Positions 29,859 through 40,132 are shown, numbered from the stretch's first letter. The stretch is 64,000 nt of DNA from Candidatus Magasanikiibacteriota bacterium (GCA_018650085.1 JABIGQ010000038.1:4388-68387), one strand, 5' to 3'. Program-made: numbers and translations. The notes: generated by a model not told the origin, from the sequence alone.

Positions 29859-30212
29859 ATGAGTAAAAATAAAACAATAATTAACGATATTGTTAAAGTG
29901 CAAGAAAAGATAGTTGGCGCCTATATAGAAAATACAGAAGGTACTACTGAAATATTGAAAACAATGTCTGATACTATGGATAAAATAGTTGATAAATTAA
30001 TATTTTTATTTAGGTTATTACAAACTATAGTTTTTATTGTTACTTTAATTGTTTGGAAAGTTTTTTTATCAGAACCGTTTAATGGATTTTTATCTGGATT
30101 TATTGAATGGTGGCCAAGTTTATCAGAAGCGTGGAAAATATTTATTATAAGTATACCCACTTTAATATTAATTCAAATTATAGGAAGTTTAATAGTGAAA
30201 AAAATTAGATAA
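29859..30212 (+). CDS. Hypothetical membrane protein
   Basis: 117-aa ORF with two hydrophobic segments. Confidence 0.6.
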   Translation: MSKNKTIINDIVKVQEKIVGAYIENTEGTTEILKTMSDTMDKIVDKLIFLFRLLQTIVFIVTLIVWKVFLSEPFNGFLSGFIEWWPSLSEAWKIFIISIPTLILIQIIGSLIVKKIR

Positions 30213-30229
30213 CTCATAACACCATTACT

Positions 30230-30664
30230 ATGAAAAAAGAAAGATTAAAAATAATTCCAGGCATATATCTTGTTTTATTTAAAGAGAATGACGTTCTTTT
30301 ACTTCGACGATATAATACAGGATATGAAGATGGTAATTATAGTTTAGTTGGAGGTCATTTAGATGATAATGAATCTTATGAAAATGCAATTATCCGAGAA
30401 GCAAAAGAAGAAGCAGGAATTGATTTGGAATCTAAAGATATAAAGGCACTTCATGTTTTGCATAGAAATCAGGATGGGAATAGAATAGATATTTTCTTTA
30501 CAGCGAGTAAATGGGTAGGGGAGCCAAAAACTATGGAGCCTGAAAAATGTGACGATGTAAGTTGGTTTCCTATAGATAATTTACCTACAAATATAATTCC
30601 ATTTATTAAGCAAGCACTGGAAAAAAGTAAAGAAAAAACATTGTATAGTGATTTTGGGTTTTAA
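30230..30664 (+). CDS. NUDIX hydrolase
   Basis: GGHLDDNESYENAIIREAKEEAG Nudix box; EPEKCD..WF. Confidence 0.92.
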   Translation: MKKERLKIIPGIYLVLFKENDVLLLRRYNTGYEDGNYSLVGGHLDDNESYENAIIREAKEEAGIDLESKDIKALHVLHRNQDGNRIDIFFTASKWVGEPKTMEPEKCDDVSWFPIDNLPTNIIPFIKQALEKSKEKTLYSDFGF

Positions 30665-30758
30665 TGTGAATAAAAGTTTGTTTAAAAATTAGTTATTTGA
30701 TATATTACTAGGGCTGATCTTTAGAAATATTTAAGTAGAATACTCAACTTTTTTATAT

Positions 30759-31373
30759 ATGAAAATTACTACATTAATCTTTGATCTTGGACATGTTGTT
30801 TTAACAAATGATTGGCATGATGATTGTCCTGAAAAATTTCAAGCATATTCAGATTACTTTGGCATAACTTATGATGATATGGAAAGAGGCTGGGATGCTT
30901 TTTGGCCTCAATTTTCTACAGGAAAAGTTACTGAAGATGAATTTTGGAATGGATTTTTAAAAATTGCTGGTGCTAAAAAGATTGATATTAAACAGGCCAA
31001 AAAGCTTTGGAAAGAGTACCAAAAACCTATTGAGGATATGCTTGGTTTGTTGCAAAAGTTGAAAAAACATAATAGGCTTGCGGCTTTAACAACTCTCAGC
31101 AGAGAATGGCTTGATTACAAGAGGAAAAAATATGATCTTGACTCATATTTTGAAGTTATTGTTAGTTCTGGTTATTCAGGGTTAGTCAAACCTGATCCGA
31201 AGATTTATAAAATGGTTGTTAAACAATTAAATGTAAAACCGGGAGAGTGTTTGTTTATTGATGATGCTCAAAGAACCCTGCCGCCAGCCGGAGAATTAGG
31301 TATGAAAACTATTTTGTTTTCAGGACAATCTGAGTTAGAAAGAAATCTTCAAGAATTGGGCATAAAATATTGA
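30759..31373 (+). CDS. HAD-superfamily phosphatase (YihX-like)
   Basis: IFDLGHV, KPDPKIY and FIDD motifs. Confidence 0.9.
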   Translation: MKITTLIFDLGHVVLTNDWHDDCPEKFQAYSDYFGITYDDMERGWDAFWPQFSTGKVTEDEFWNGFLKIAGAKKIDIKQAKKLWKEYQKPIEDMLGLLQKLKKHNRLAALTTLSREWLDYKRKKYDLDSYFEVIVSSGYSGLVKPDPKIYKMVVKQLNVKPGECLFIDDAQRTLPPAGELGMKTILFSGQSELERNLQELGIKY

Positions 31374-31483
31374 GGTTAGTCTTGCGTTATACGCAAGTGG
31401 GCGTTGCATTTTGCTCTAGACAAACTTTAGATAGACTGAAACATTAAATGAAATCTTATAAAAGGAATCTAAACTATAATTCT

Positions 31484-32125
31484 ATGGTCAAACTAATTAT
31501 TTTCGATTACGATGGAGTAATAGTAGACAGCTTCCCTAATGTGCATTCTGTCTATCAGATCATTTGTGAAAAATTAGGAAAATCATGTCCTGATAATCTT
31601 GAAGATTTTAAAAAAGTTTATGGTCATTCTTCTTTGGAATGTTATGCTAATCTTAGTTTTACAGAAGAAGAAAGGGTTAAGGGGAACATGATGTTTAAAG
31701 AAGAAATATTAAAGAAAGACGCAAAACCTTTTGACGGAATAATAGAAGTTTTAAAAGAACTTCATAAAAGTTACAAACTTGTAGTGATTTCTTCTAGTTA
31801 CAAAGAAGAAGTCGAACAAAAATTGGAAAAATTTGGGATTTTGAATCTTTTTGATTTTATCCTGGCAAAAGAAAATCATATAGGAAGATTTGAAAAAACA
31901 GGATCAATAAAAAAAGTAATGGAAAATTTAGCAATAAAATCAAATGAGGTTTTACTTATAGGAGATAGAAATGTTGATTTTATTGAAGGAGAAAAAGCTG
32001 GTTTAAACAATATTCTTCTTGTAGAGTATGGTTGGGGTTATGATTTGAAAGAAATTCCCGAATATACACAAAAGGTGTTGATTAAAAATCCAATTGATCT
32101 TTTGGATTTTGTTAGTCTTAATTAA
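31484..32125 (+). CDS. HAD-superfamily hydrolase (Gph-like)
   Basis: IFDYDGVIVDS, ISSS, IGDRNVD and YGWG motifs; start taken at MVKLII. Confidence 0.9.
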   Translation: MVKLIIFDYDGVIVDSFPNVHSVYQIICEKLGKSCPDNLEDFKKVYGHSSLECYANLSFTEEERVKGNMMFKEEILKKDAKPFDGIIEVLKELHKSYKLVVISSSYKEEVEQKLEKFGILNLFDFILAKENHIGRFEKTGSIKKVMENLAIKSNEVLLIGDRNVDFIEGEKAGLNNILLVEYGWGYDLKEIPEYTQKVLIKNPIDLLDFVSLN

Positions 32126-32145
32126 GGAATATTTTTTTAAATTCT

Positions 32146-32571
32146 ATGAATACACATATAGCTCAAGTTGAAATAATTGTATATAAAATCGTTAATGCTG
32201 AGCCACAATTTTTGCTATTAAAGCGTGTTCCAGAAAGAGGAAGTTTTTGGCAACCGGTTACTGGGGGTGTTCATAAAAATGAAGATTTGCTTAGTGCAGC
32301 TAAAAGAGAATTGTTTGAAGAAACACAAATAAAGGATTATATTAATTTTTTAAATGATGTGCATTATTTTGAGTTTCATGATGATGAACAAGGTATGCTA
32401 AAAGAATACGTTTATGGGGTTGAAGTGAATGAAAAAATTGACGTTAAACTTTCTCTGGAACATTCTGAAAAAAAGTGGTGCACAATAAATGAAGCTTTAG
32501 AGCTATTAAAGTTTGATACTAATAAAGACGCATTCAAAAAACTTTATAAATTATTAACAATAAAAGATTGA
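32146..32571 (+). CDS. NUDIX hydrolase (NudB-like)
   Basis: FLLLKR, FWQPVTGG...AAKRELFEET and LSLEH motifs. Confidence 0.9.
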   Translation: MNTHIAQVEIIVYKIVNAEPQFLLLKRVPERGSFWQPVTGGVHKNEDLLSAAKRELFEETQIKDYINFLNDVHYFEFHDDEQGMLKEYVYGVEVNEKIDVKLSLEHSEKKWCTINEALELLKFDTNKDAFKKLYKLLTIKD

Positions 32572-32613
32572 TAATGTACAAAAAACGATATATGAAGTCG
32601 TGTAATACAAAAC

Positions 32614-33987
32614 ATGAAAGTAAAAAATAATTTAACAGAAGGATCAATTCTAAGTTCATTACTAGCATTATCTGTCCCAATCATATTTGCTAATCTTTTA
32701 CAAACCGCTTATCAATTGACGGATACTTTTTGGGTTGGAAGATTAGGAACAGTTGCTGTAGCCGCTGTTTCAATTAGTTTTCCAATTATTTTCTTTATCA
32801 TTTCTCTTGGTGGTGGACTGGCAATGGCAGGGACTATTCTTGTTGCCCAATACAAAGGAAGAGAAAATAAAAAAGCAGTAGATCATGTCACATCTCAAAC
32901 AATGGTATTAGTTGTGTTTATCTCAATCATTCTTGCTACGTTGGGTTATGTCTTATCCCCATTTCTCATTAGCTTGATGGGAGCTGAACCCAGTGTTTTT
33001 TCAAGTGCTGTTTCATATATAAAAATATCTTTTATTGGGATGATTTTCATGTTTACGTACATGGCTTTTCAATCTTTAATGAGAGGAGTAGGGGATGTGA
33101 AGACTCCAATGTATATTGTTTTTGGGACGGTTTTATTAAATCTGATTTTAGATCCTTTGTTTATTTTTGGGTATGGTGTTATCCCAGCATTTGGTGTTTC
33201 TGGGGCGGCGGTCGCTACTATTGGAACACAAGGATTAGCCTCAATAATTGGGATAGTATTACTCATAAGAGGAAAGTATCAGATTCAATTGCACTTGAAT
33301 GATTTAAAACCTGATTGGGTATTGATAAAAAAAATGTGTACCATTGGGTTTCCAGCATCAATTGATCAATCGACGAGGGCTCTTGGAATGGTAGTTATGA
33401 CATTTTTGGTTACTACTTTTGGAACAATGACTCTTGCCGCTTATGGTATTGGAAGCAGAATACTAAGTTTTGTTATCATCCCGGCATTAGGATTATCAAT
33501 TGCTACCTCTACTATAACAGGACAAAATATAGGGGCAGGGAAGATAGATAGAGCAGAAAAGATAACAAAATTAAGTGCATTTGTTGGTTTTATTATTTTG
33601 ACAATCGTAGGTATTATAATGTTTTTATTTGCAAGTCAAATTTCTGCAATATTTATTCCTGGAGAAATAGAAACAATTCAATCAAGTGCGTTATTTATAA
33701 AGATCATGGCGTTAACTTTTGGTTTTATTGGAATTCAAATGTCTTTGAACGGATTGTTTAGAGGATCTGGAAATACGATGATCCCTATGATATTAACCAT
33801 AGTCTCATTATGGGTTTTACGATTTCCTTTAGCATATATATTATCAAAGCATACGGCACTTGCAGAAATTGGTTTGTGGGTATCTTTTCCAATAGCAAAT
33901 GTTATTGCAGCGGTGATAACGATAATTTGGTTTATGAAAGGGACATGGAAACACAAACAAATAACAGAAGAAACAGTTATTATATAA
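32614..33987 (+). CDS. MATE family efflux transporter
   Basis: LTEGSI, TDTFWVGRLG, RGVGDVKTPM, NLILDPLFI and a two-repeat 12-TM topology. Confidence 0.95.
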   Translation: MKVKNNLTEGSILSSLLALSVPIIFANLLQTAYQLTDTFWVGRLGTVAVAAVSISFPIIFFIISLGGGLAMAGTILVAQYKGRENKKAVDHVTSQTMVLVVFISIILATLGYVLSPFLISLMGAEPSVFSSAVSYIKISFIGMIFMFTYMAFQSLMRGVGDVKTPMYIVFGTVLLNLILDPLFIFGYGVIPAFGVSGAAVATIGTQGLASIIGIVLLIRGKYQIQLHLNDLKPDWVLIKKMCTIGFPASIDQSTRALGMVVMTFLVTTFGTMTLAAYGIGSRILSFVIIPALGLSIATSTITGQNIGAGKIDRAEKITKLSAFVGFIILTIVGIIMFLFASQISAIFIPGEIETIQSSALFIKIMALTFGFIGIQMSLNGLFRGSGNTMIPMILTIVSLWVLRFPLAYILSKHTALAEIGLWVSFPIANVIAAVITIIWFMKGTWKHKQITEETVII

Positions 33988-34048
33988 CTTTTTATATGCG
34001 CTACCTTTTGTGGAGGGTATGAAAAAGTATTTTAATGAATTTTAGTAT

Positions 34049-34417
34049 ATGAAGAAGAAAACACATCAAATTTTACCTAATTGGGAATTTTCAATTGAAA
34101 CTATAGAATCAGTAACTAAAAGGTATAATGGATTTGGGTATAAATTATTTCAAAAATTAAAACAATATCACCCAAATATTTATTCTAAAGTAGTATTTTA
34201 CAGATCTAAAACATATCAATCAGAAGATGTTTATGCAGTATGTGAAGGGATCCCCAATGAATTTATGATACAATTAGATCCAGATTGTGAAGTGATAGTA
34301 TTGAGTAATGGGAAAAATACTGTTGAAATTGGTAGTTGGTCAGATGATGAATATATAGAGGCAATAGAATGTATAATACGGCTCTATAGTTCCTCTATGG
34401 CTGTGAAGCCAGCGTAG
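34049..34417 (+). CDS. Hypothetical protein
   Basis: 122-aa ORF co-oriented with the accessory run. Confidence 0.6.
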   Translation: MKKKTHQILPNWEFSIETIESVTKRYNGFGYKLFQKLKQYHPNIYSKVVFYRSKTYQSEDVYAVCEGIPNEFMIQLDPDCEVIVLSNGKNTVEIGSWSDDEYIEAIECIIRLYSSSMAVKPA

Positions 34418-34515
34418 GCTAGGTGAAATCTCTCCATCCAGTATATAATAAAAAAAGATATTTCTGTGTGATATTAATATCCTATTACCAATAATTATAT
34501 TAAGTAATTTTTAAT

Positions 34516-34553
34516 AAAAAAAATGGGCGCTGATTACTTTAGTAATCAGCGCC
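34516..34553 (-). terminator. Strong intrinsic terminator (minus strand)
   Basis: Perfect 13-bp GGCGCTGATTACT/AGTAATCAGCGCC stem, with an A-run on the plus strand (U-run on minus). Confidence 0.7.
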
Positions 34554-34756
34554 TGAGCACCTCCATAAGCGTGAGCCTTTTTTGGGGGGATTCCCCCAAA
34601 GGTGGTTCCCGTTTACATCAAAGGGCGGATGTTTATCTTATATCAAAATATCAAGAGTAATTGTGAGGAAACTGTGCATAAATCATTATTTTAGCTATTC
34701 TAAAATATATATAACAAAAAAAACAAGGGTTTTTATACCTTGTCCTTTTTTATATA

Positions 34757-37402
34757 TTATCGTTTCTTAATCACAATCACATCACCACTAACCACAATCT
34801 TCACAACATCCCCCTCACCAATAGTATTATCAATAATCTGCAAAGCAAGAGGATTTAAAAGTTCAGTCTGAAGGAGCCGTTTTAGTGGACGGGCACCAAA
34901 TAGGGGATCGTAGCCTTTTTTCGCTAACCAATCTTTTGCTTTCATACTTATCTCAAGTGTGATTTTTTGTTCCGCAAGTCGTTTCTCAATATGTACTAAT
35001 TGTAAATCCACAATAGCACGAATCTGCTTTTCCTCCAGAGGATGAAACATGATAATGTCATCTATACGGTTTAAAAATTCTGGCTTGAAGTGTTCTTGGA
35101 GAGTATCCATTACTTTTTTCTTAATCACAGTTTCATTTTCTTTCATTCCTTCTTTTCTCTCTGTACCAAACCCAAATTCACCTTTTTTACTCATATTCAT
35201 AATCATGCTAGAGCCCACATTGCTGGTCATGATGATCACAGTATTTTTAAAGTTTACTTTTCTTCCCTTTGCATCGGTGAGTTGTCCATCGTCTAAAATC
35301 TGTAACATAACATTAAACACATCTGGATGTGCTTTTTCTATTTCATCAAACAATACTACAGAATACGGACGGCGACGGATTTTTTCTGTTAGCTGTCCAC
35401 CTTCTTCATAACCAACGTATCCGGGAGCAGAACCTATCATCTTACTTACGGCGTGCTTTTCCATGTATTCACTCATGTCTACACGCACTATCGCTTCCTC
35501 ATCATTAAATAATATTTCTGCCAAAGCTTTTGCTAATTCTGTTTTCCCAACTCCAGTTGGCCCCATGAAAATAAAAGAACCAATAGGGCGTTTTTCTTCA
35601 GAAATTCCAGCTCGTGATCTTCGGATTGCATGAGAGACAGACTCCACTGCTTCTTCTTGGCCTATGACTCGTTTTCCCAATTCACTTTCCATATTTGCCA
35701 GCTTTTCTGTTTCTGTGCGGAGCATTTTTGACACGGGCACTCCTGTCCAGCGGGCAACTACCCCTGCTATATCTTCATCTGTGACTTCCTCTTTTAGAAT
35801 GCCACGTCCTTTCTGGATGCTCACTAATTTTTTTTCTAATACTCCTATTTCCTCTTCTTTTTTTGGAATTCTATCATAGCGAATTTCTGCTACCTTCTGT
35901 AGATCTCCACGTCTTTCTGTAATATCTGCTTCTTGTTTCAATTCTTCCATTTCTTTTTTTACCCCGCGAATGCTCGTAATAATTTCTTTTTCATTTTTCC
36001 AATGCATTTCTAGTTCATTACTTTCTTCACGGATATTTTCTAATTCTTTTTTAATATTTTTCAATCGTTCTTTCGAATCAGTATCTTTTTCTTTTTTTAA
36101 TGCTTCCACTTCAATCTCATACTTCATCATTTGCCGTTTCATTTTATCTAGCTCATCTGGCATAGAATCTATTTCCATACGAAGTGCAGAAGTAGCTTCA
36201 TCTATTAGGTCTATTGCTTTATCTGGTAAAAAGCGATCAGTAATATAGCGGCTAGAAAGTTCTACCGCTGCTATAATTGCAGGATCAGTAATACGGACTC
36301 CGTGATGCACTTCATATTTTTCTTTTATACCACGAAGAATAGCAATGGCATCATCCTTGTCTGGCTCTAGCACCATGATAGGTTGGAATCGTCGCTCAAA
36401 GGCAGCATCTTTTTCTATATATTTCTGATATTCTTTCAATGTCGTTGCCCCTATAGTGTGAAGTTTTCCACGTGCAAGCGCGGGCTTTAGCATATTACTT
36501 GCGTCTACCGCACCTTCCGTTGCCCCAGCACCCATAATGGTATGAAGCTCATCTATAAATAAAATAATCTTTCCGTCAGATTTTTCCACTTCTTTTATTG
36601 TTGCTTTAAATCTTTCTTCAAATTCTCCACGAAACTTTGTCCCTGCAACTAGTGCTCCTATATCTAGCCCTATGATTTCTTTCCCAACAAGAGATTCTGG
36701 AACATCTCCATTTACTATCCGTTGCGCCAATCCTTCTGCAATAGCAGTTTTCCCAACCCCGGGTTCTCCTATTAATACTGGATTATTTTTTGTCCTTCTG
36801 GTAATTACCTGCATTACACGGCGGATTTCATCGTCTCTTCCTATGACAGGATCTAGTTTTTCTTTGCGAGCAAGTTCTGTAAAATTTAATCCATATTTTT
36901 CTAGTGCCTGGTATGTGCTCTCTGGACTAGGGGAGTCTACCTTTTGGCTTCCACGCACTTCTGCTAATACCTTTAATACAGATTCATGCGTGACTTTTTC
37001 TGTAGCTAATATATCGCTAATTGGGTTTTTGTTTTTTAAATAAGATAACAAGATATGCTCTACACTAATATATTCATCTCCCATTGCCTTTGACTCATCG
37101 TGTGCTTGTTTTAATAAAAACATCATCGCTTGCCCCATCATAATTTGACCCATCCCAGTACTTGGCATATTCCCAAATTGTTTTGGAAGCATCTGGATCA
37201 TTTGCATGATAGTTTGTTTTATCTGGTCAATATTGACATCGAGTTTTTGTAATATAGAAATAACAACCCCATCAGTTTGCTCTAGTAATGATAAGAAAAG
37301 ATGTGGTGGTTCTATCTGAGGCTGCCCATGCTCATTTGCAAGCGCACTTGCTTGCTGGAGGGCTTCTTGTGATTTGTGGGTAAATTGTTGAGGGTTAAAC
37401 AT
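34757..37402 (-). CDS. clpB: ATP-dependent chaperone ClpB
   Basis: Clp N-domain, two AAA+ modules (GEPGVGKT; GPTGVGKT), coiled-coil M domain and GARPLKR. Confidence 0.97.
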   Translation of the reverse strand: MFNPQQFTHKSQEALQQASALANEHGQPQIEPPHLFLSLLEQTDGVVISILQKLDVNIDQIKQTIMQMIQMLPKQFGNMPSTGMGQIMMGQAMMFLLKQAHDESKAMGDEYISVEHILLSYLKNKNPISDILATEKVTHESVLKVLAEVRGSQKVDSPSPESTYQALEKYGLNFTELARKEKLDPVIGRDDEIRRVMQVITRRTKNNPVLIGEPGVGKTAIAEGLAQRIVNGDVPESLVGKEIIGLDIGALVAGTKFRGEFEERFKATIKEVEKSDGKIILFIDELHTIMGAGATEGAVDASNMLKPALARGKLHTIGATTLKEYQKYIEKDAAFERRFQPIMVLEPDKDDAIAILRGIKEKYEVHHGVRITDPAIIAAVELSSRYITDRFLPDKAIDLIDEATSALRMEIDSMPDELDKMKRQMMKYEIEVEALKKEKDTDSKERLKNIKKELENIREESNELEMHWKNEKEIITSIRGVKKEMEELKQEADITERRGDLQKVAEIRYDRIPKKEEEIGVLEKKLVSIQKGRGILKEEVTDEDIAGVVARWTGVPVSKMLRTETEKLANMESELGKRVIGQEEAVESVSHAIRRSRAGISEEKRPIGSFIFMGPTGVGKTELAKALAEILFNDEEAIVRVDMSEYMEKHAVSKMIGSAPGYVGYEEGGQLTEKIRRRPYSVVLFDEIEKAHPDVFNVMLQILDDGQLTDAKGRKVNFKNTVIIMTSNVGSSMIMNMSKKGEFGFGTERKEGMKENETVIKKKVMDTLQEHFKPEFLNRIDDIIMFHPLEEKQIRAIVDLQLVHIEKRLAEQKITLEISMKAKDWLAKKGYDPLFGARPLKRLLQTELLNPLALQIIDNTIGEGDVVKIVVSGDVIVIKKR

Positions 37403-37426
37403 ATAATTCTTGTAATTTATAAATTG

Positions 37427-37522
37427 ACGTCATTGCGAGCTGCCGTTAGGACAGCGCGGCAATCCCAGGCTTTATTGTGCTAAACTCTGGGATTGCTTCG
37501 TCGTACCTCCTCGCAATGACGT
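37427..37522. repeat. GTCATTGCGAG-type palindromic miniature element in the clpB leader
   Basis: ACGTCATTGCGAG...GCAATCCCAG / CTGGGATTGC...CTCGCAATGACGT nested inverted repeats. Confidence 0.85.
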
Positions 37523-37541
37523 ATTTAATTGTAGATTTAAT

Positions 37542-37568
37542 TTATCACTCACATACTTAGAGTGATAA
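37542..37568. promoter_or_regulatory. CIRCE-like operator (HrcA site), variant
   Basis: TTATCACTC-N9-GAGTGATAA versus consensus TTAGCACTC-N9-GAGTGCTAA; directly downstream of the clpB promoter. Confidence 0.8.
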
Positions 37569-37572
37569 TCAT

Positions 37573-37600
37573 ACTATACCATATTGAAAAGAACTGTCAA
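37573..37600 (-). promoter_or_regulatory. clpB promoter
   Basis: TTGACA-16-TATAGT with TG extension on the minus strand. Confidence 0.65.
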
Positions 37601-37638
37601 CTATGCTAAAGTTACACCATGTTTAGCTAAAATTATCT

Positions 37639-38373
37639 ATGTATTGTCTAGGTATCCGCATTAATTCATATAAAAAAGAAACGGTTATAGAACATATCCG
37701 TGGATTATTGCGTGATAATGAACAACATACCATTTTTACCCCAAATCCAGAAATGCTCGTAGACGCAAAAAAAGATGCTTATTTTACAGAAGTATTAAAC
37801 AGTAGTGATTTAAATATTTGTGATGGGTTTGGTATAAGACTTGTAAGTAAATTTCATATAGAAAGAATTACAGGAGTGGATCTTATGCAAGACATTTGCA
37901 ATGTAGCGGCAGAAGAAGGAAAGACAGTATATTTATTAGGATCAGGAGATGAGGATGTATTAAAAAAAGTAAAAGAGAAATTAGAAAAGAAAAAAGTAAA
38001 TATAGCAGGCATGCATGCAGGAGTAAAGATAACGACACGAGATGATGGCAGTATAGATTATGATGAAGAAGAACATGATGCTATGATAGATGATATTATT
38101 GTCTGTGCGCCAGATATATTGTTTGTAGCGTTTGGGCATGGAAAGCAGGAAAAGTGGATTTATGAACAGCTCCCACATCTCCCAAGTGTGAAACTCGCCA
38201 TGGGAGTGGGGGGGACATTTGATTTTATAGCAGGAAAAGCAAAACGAGCCCCTAAACTATTGCGAGTGCTTGGGCTGGAGTGGGCGTGGAGATTACTCTT
38301 GGAGCCTAGCCGTTTTAAAAGAATATGGAAAGCGACCGTTGTATTTTTATTTTTAGTATTAAAAAACAGATAA
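37639..38373 (+). CDS. WecB/TagA/CpsF family glycosyltransferase
   Basis: TPNPEM, DGFGI, RITGVDL, FVAFGHGKQEKWI, GVGGTFDF, RAP and GLEWAWRL motifs. Confidence 0.93.
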   Translation: MYCLGIRINSYKKETVIEHIRGLLRDNEQHTIFTPNPEMLVDAKKDAYFTEVLNSSDLNICDGFGIRLVSKFHIERITGVDLMQDICNVAAEEGKTVYLLGSGDEDVLKKVKEKLEKKKVNIAGMHAGVKITTRDDGSIDYDEEEHDAMIDDIIVCAPDILFVAFGHGKQEKWIYEQLPHLPSVKLAMGVGGTFDFIAGKAKRAPKLLRVLGLEWAWRLLLEPSRFKRIWKATVVFLFLVLKNR

Positions 38374-38383
38374 TTAACTATAT

Positions 38384-38929
38384 ATGAAACACCTAAAGAC
38401 CATAAAAGAAATAAGTTATTTTATACTAGATATGTTTGTGTTTTATACAGGATTTCATGTAATAAGTAGTTTTTTATCTAGTTATATCATTGATAATTTA
38501 GCTTTATCTCCGGAGGCTTTGTATTTTGGAGAAATGTTATGGACGAGTAGTTTTGTTCTTGTGCCTACAGTATTGTCTATTTATTTTATATTAATAAAGA
38601 AAAAAGTAAATGAAAAATATGTGTCTGTTATTTTTGCTGTATTGGGGAGTACATTGATGCTTGTGTTTTTAGAATTATTGAGAGAAGTTTATATGATTTC
38701 TTCAAATATGAGATCAGATACATGGTTGCATCATGTGAGTAATTTTTTTGAAGTAGGTATTGTATCATTTTTATTTCCAATAATATTTGTTATGATAAGT
38801 GCTAGCCTACTGATTTGGTATACAAAACAATCTAAGAGCATTGCACGATATATAGCAAGAGTAATTATGGGGGCTATATTTCTAAATATGCTGTATATTA
38901 TGAAACAGTTTTTGATGTTATATTTTTAA
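38384..38929 (+). CDS. Hypothetical membrane protein
   Basis: About five hydrophobic segments. Confidence 0.65.
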   Translation: MKHLKTIKEISYFILDMFVFYTGFHVISSFLSSYIIDNLALSPEALYFGEMLWTSSFVLVPTVLSIYFILIKKKVNEKYVSVIFAVLGSTLMLVFLELLREVYMISSNMRSDTWLHHVSNFFEVGIVSFLFPIIFVMISASLLIWYTKQSKSIARYIARVIMGAIFLNMLYIMKQFLMLYF

Positions 38930-38941
38930 ACATAGAATAGT

Positions 38942-39670
38942 ATGATAAAAAGCATAAAGAAACTACAGCAAAAAAAGTATAGAAAAGAATACCAGCAATT
39001 TTTTGTAGAAGGGGTAAAGGGAGTGACAGACTTGCTCAATTCTTCATATGAAGCAGCTGCAGTATGTATAGAAAGTGGTAGAGAAAAAGATGAAGACATC
39101 ATAGCGATTATTGATATTGCAAAAGAAAAAAAAGTCCCTGTACAAGTATTGCCGGAAAAAGATATAAAACAAATAAAAAGTACAGATACTTTTCCTGGAG
39201 TGATGGGAATTGCAAATATGAAAGAAAAGCAAGGACTAGGGGAAGGACATGTTATTTGCCTAGATGGTGTCATGGATCCTGGGAATTTAGGGACAATTAT
39301 TCGTACAGCAGATTGGTTTGGTATTACAAATATTGTCTTATCAGAAAATTGTGTTGATCCATATAATCCAAAGGTAGTTAGAAGTACTATGGGGTCACTG
39401 TTTCATGTACAGCTTATACGAGATGATTTGGAAACTCGTATTGGAGAGTTAAAAGAAAAAGGATATAAAACTATTGGGCTTACTCTAGATGGAGAATCGC
39501 TTGATAAACTCCCAGAAGGATTGCTCTGTCTTGTGCTAGGGAGTGAATCACATGGAGTGTCAAAAGAGGTAAAACCACTGCTAGATGCAAGCTACACAAT
39601 ACCAGGAAAAGGGGAAGCGGAATCGCTCAATGTGGCGGTTGCTGGGGGAATTGTTATGTCAAAATTATGA
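38942..39670 (+). CDS. TrmH/SpoU family RNA methyltransferase
   Basis: FFVEG, DPGNLGTIIRTADWFG, LGSESHGVS and ESLNVAVA SPOUT motifs. Confidence 0.93.
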   Translation: MIKSIKKLQQKKYRKEYQQFFVEGVKGVTDLLNSSYEAAAVCIESGREKDEDIIAIIDIAKEKKVPVQVLPEKDIKQIKSTDTFPGVMGIANMKEKQGLGEGHVICLDGVMDPGNLGTIIRTADWFGITNIVLSENCVDPYNPKVVRSTMGSLFHVQLIRDDLETRIGELKEKGYKTIGLTLDGESLDKLPEGLLCLVLGSESHGVSKEVKPLLDASYTIPGKGEAESLNVAVAGGIVMSKL

Positions 39671-39721
39671 ATGATAAATGATGAATGATAAATTAATTTG
39701 TAATTAAGTTTTTTTGTATAT

Positions 39722-40084
39722 ATGGGGGATAATATAATAAAAACAAAGTCATTTTCTTTTGCAATTAGAATAATAAAGCTTTCCCAATTTTTGAAGGAAG
39801 AACGAGAATATGTATTGTCAAAACAGATTTTACGTAGTGGTACTGCAGTAGGTGCTTTGATAAGAGAATCTGAACATGCAGAAAGTACCTTAGATTTCAT
39901 TCACAAATTTGCAATTGCCCAAAAAGAAGCAAATGAAACAATGTATTGGTTAGAATTATTATGTGAGTCAGATTATATAAATAAAAATCAATTTGAATCT
40001 TTGGAAAAAGATTTAGTAGAAATTAGAAAAATAATAGCATCAATAATTATTTCATCAAAACAAAAAATTAAAAAAAAGGTATGA
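39722..40084 (+). CDS. Four-helix bundle protein (23S IVP-like family)
   Basis: KSFSFAIRII, LSKQILRSGTAVGALIRE and DFIHKFAIAQKEANETMYWLELL; flanked by heptamer repeats. Confidence 0.92.
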   Translation: MGDNIIKTKSFSFAIRIIKLSQFLKEEREYVLSKQILRSGTAVGALIRESEHAESTLDFIHKFAIAQKEANETMYWLELLCESDYINKNQFESLEKDLVEIRKIIASIIISSKQKIKKKV

Positions 40085-40132
40085 GTTATAAAAATTCATA
40101 ATTAATAACTCATAATTTATAATTAAATACGT

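Noticed and set aside
34582-34770. 62-aa ORF in the intergenic region before the clpB stop
   Set aside because: TTG start inside a hairpin, overlap with clpB and no protein-like features.
39722-40084. Four-helix-bundle protein as the Avd of a diversity-generating retroelement
   Set aside because: No reverse transcriptase and no TR/VR pair differing at adenines was seen in the window.
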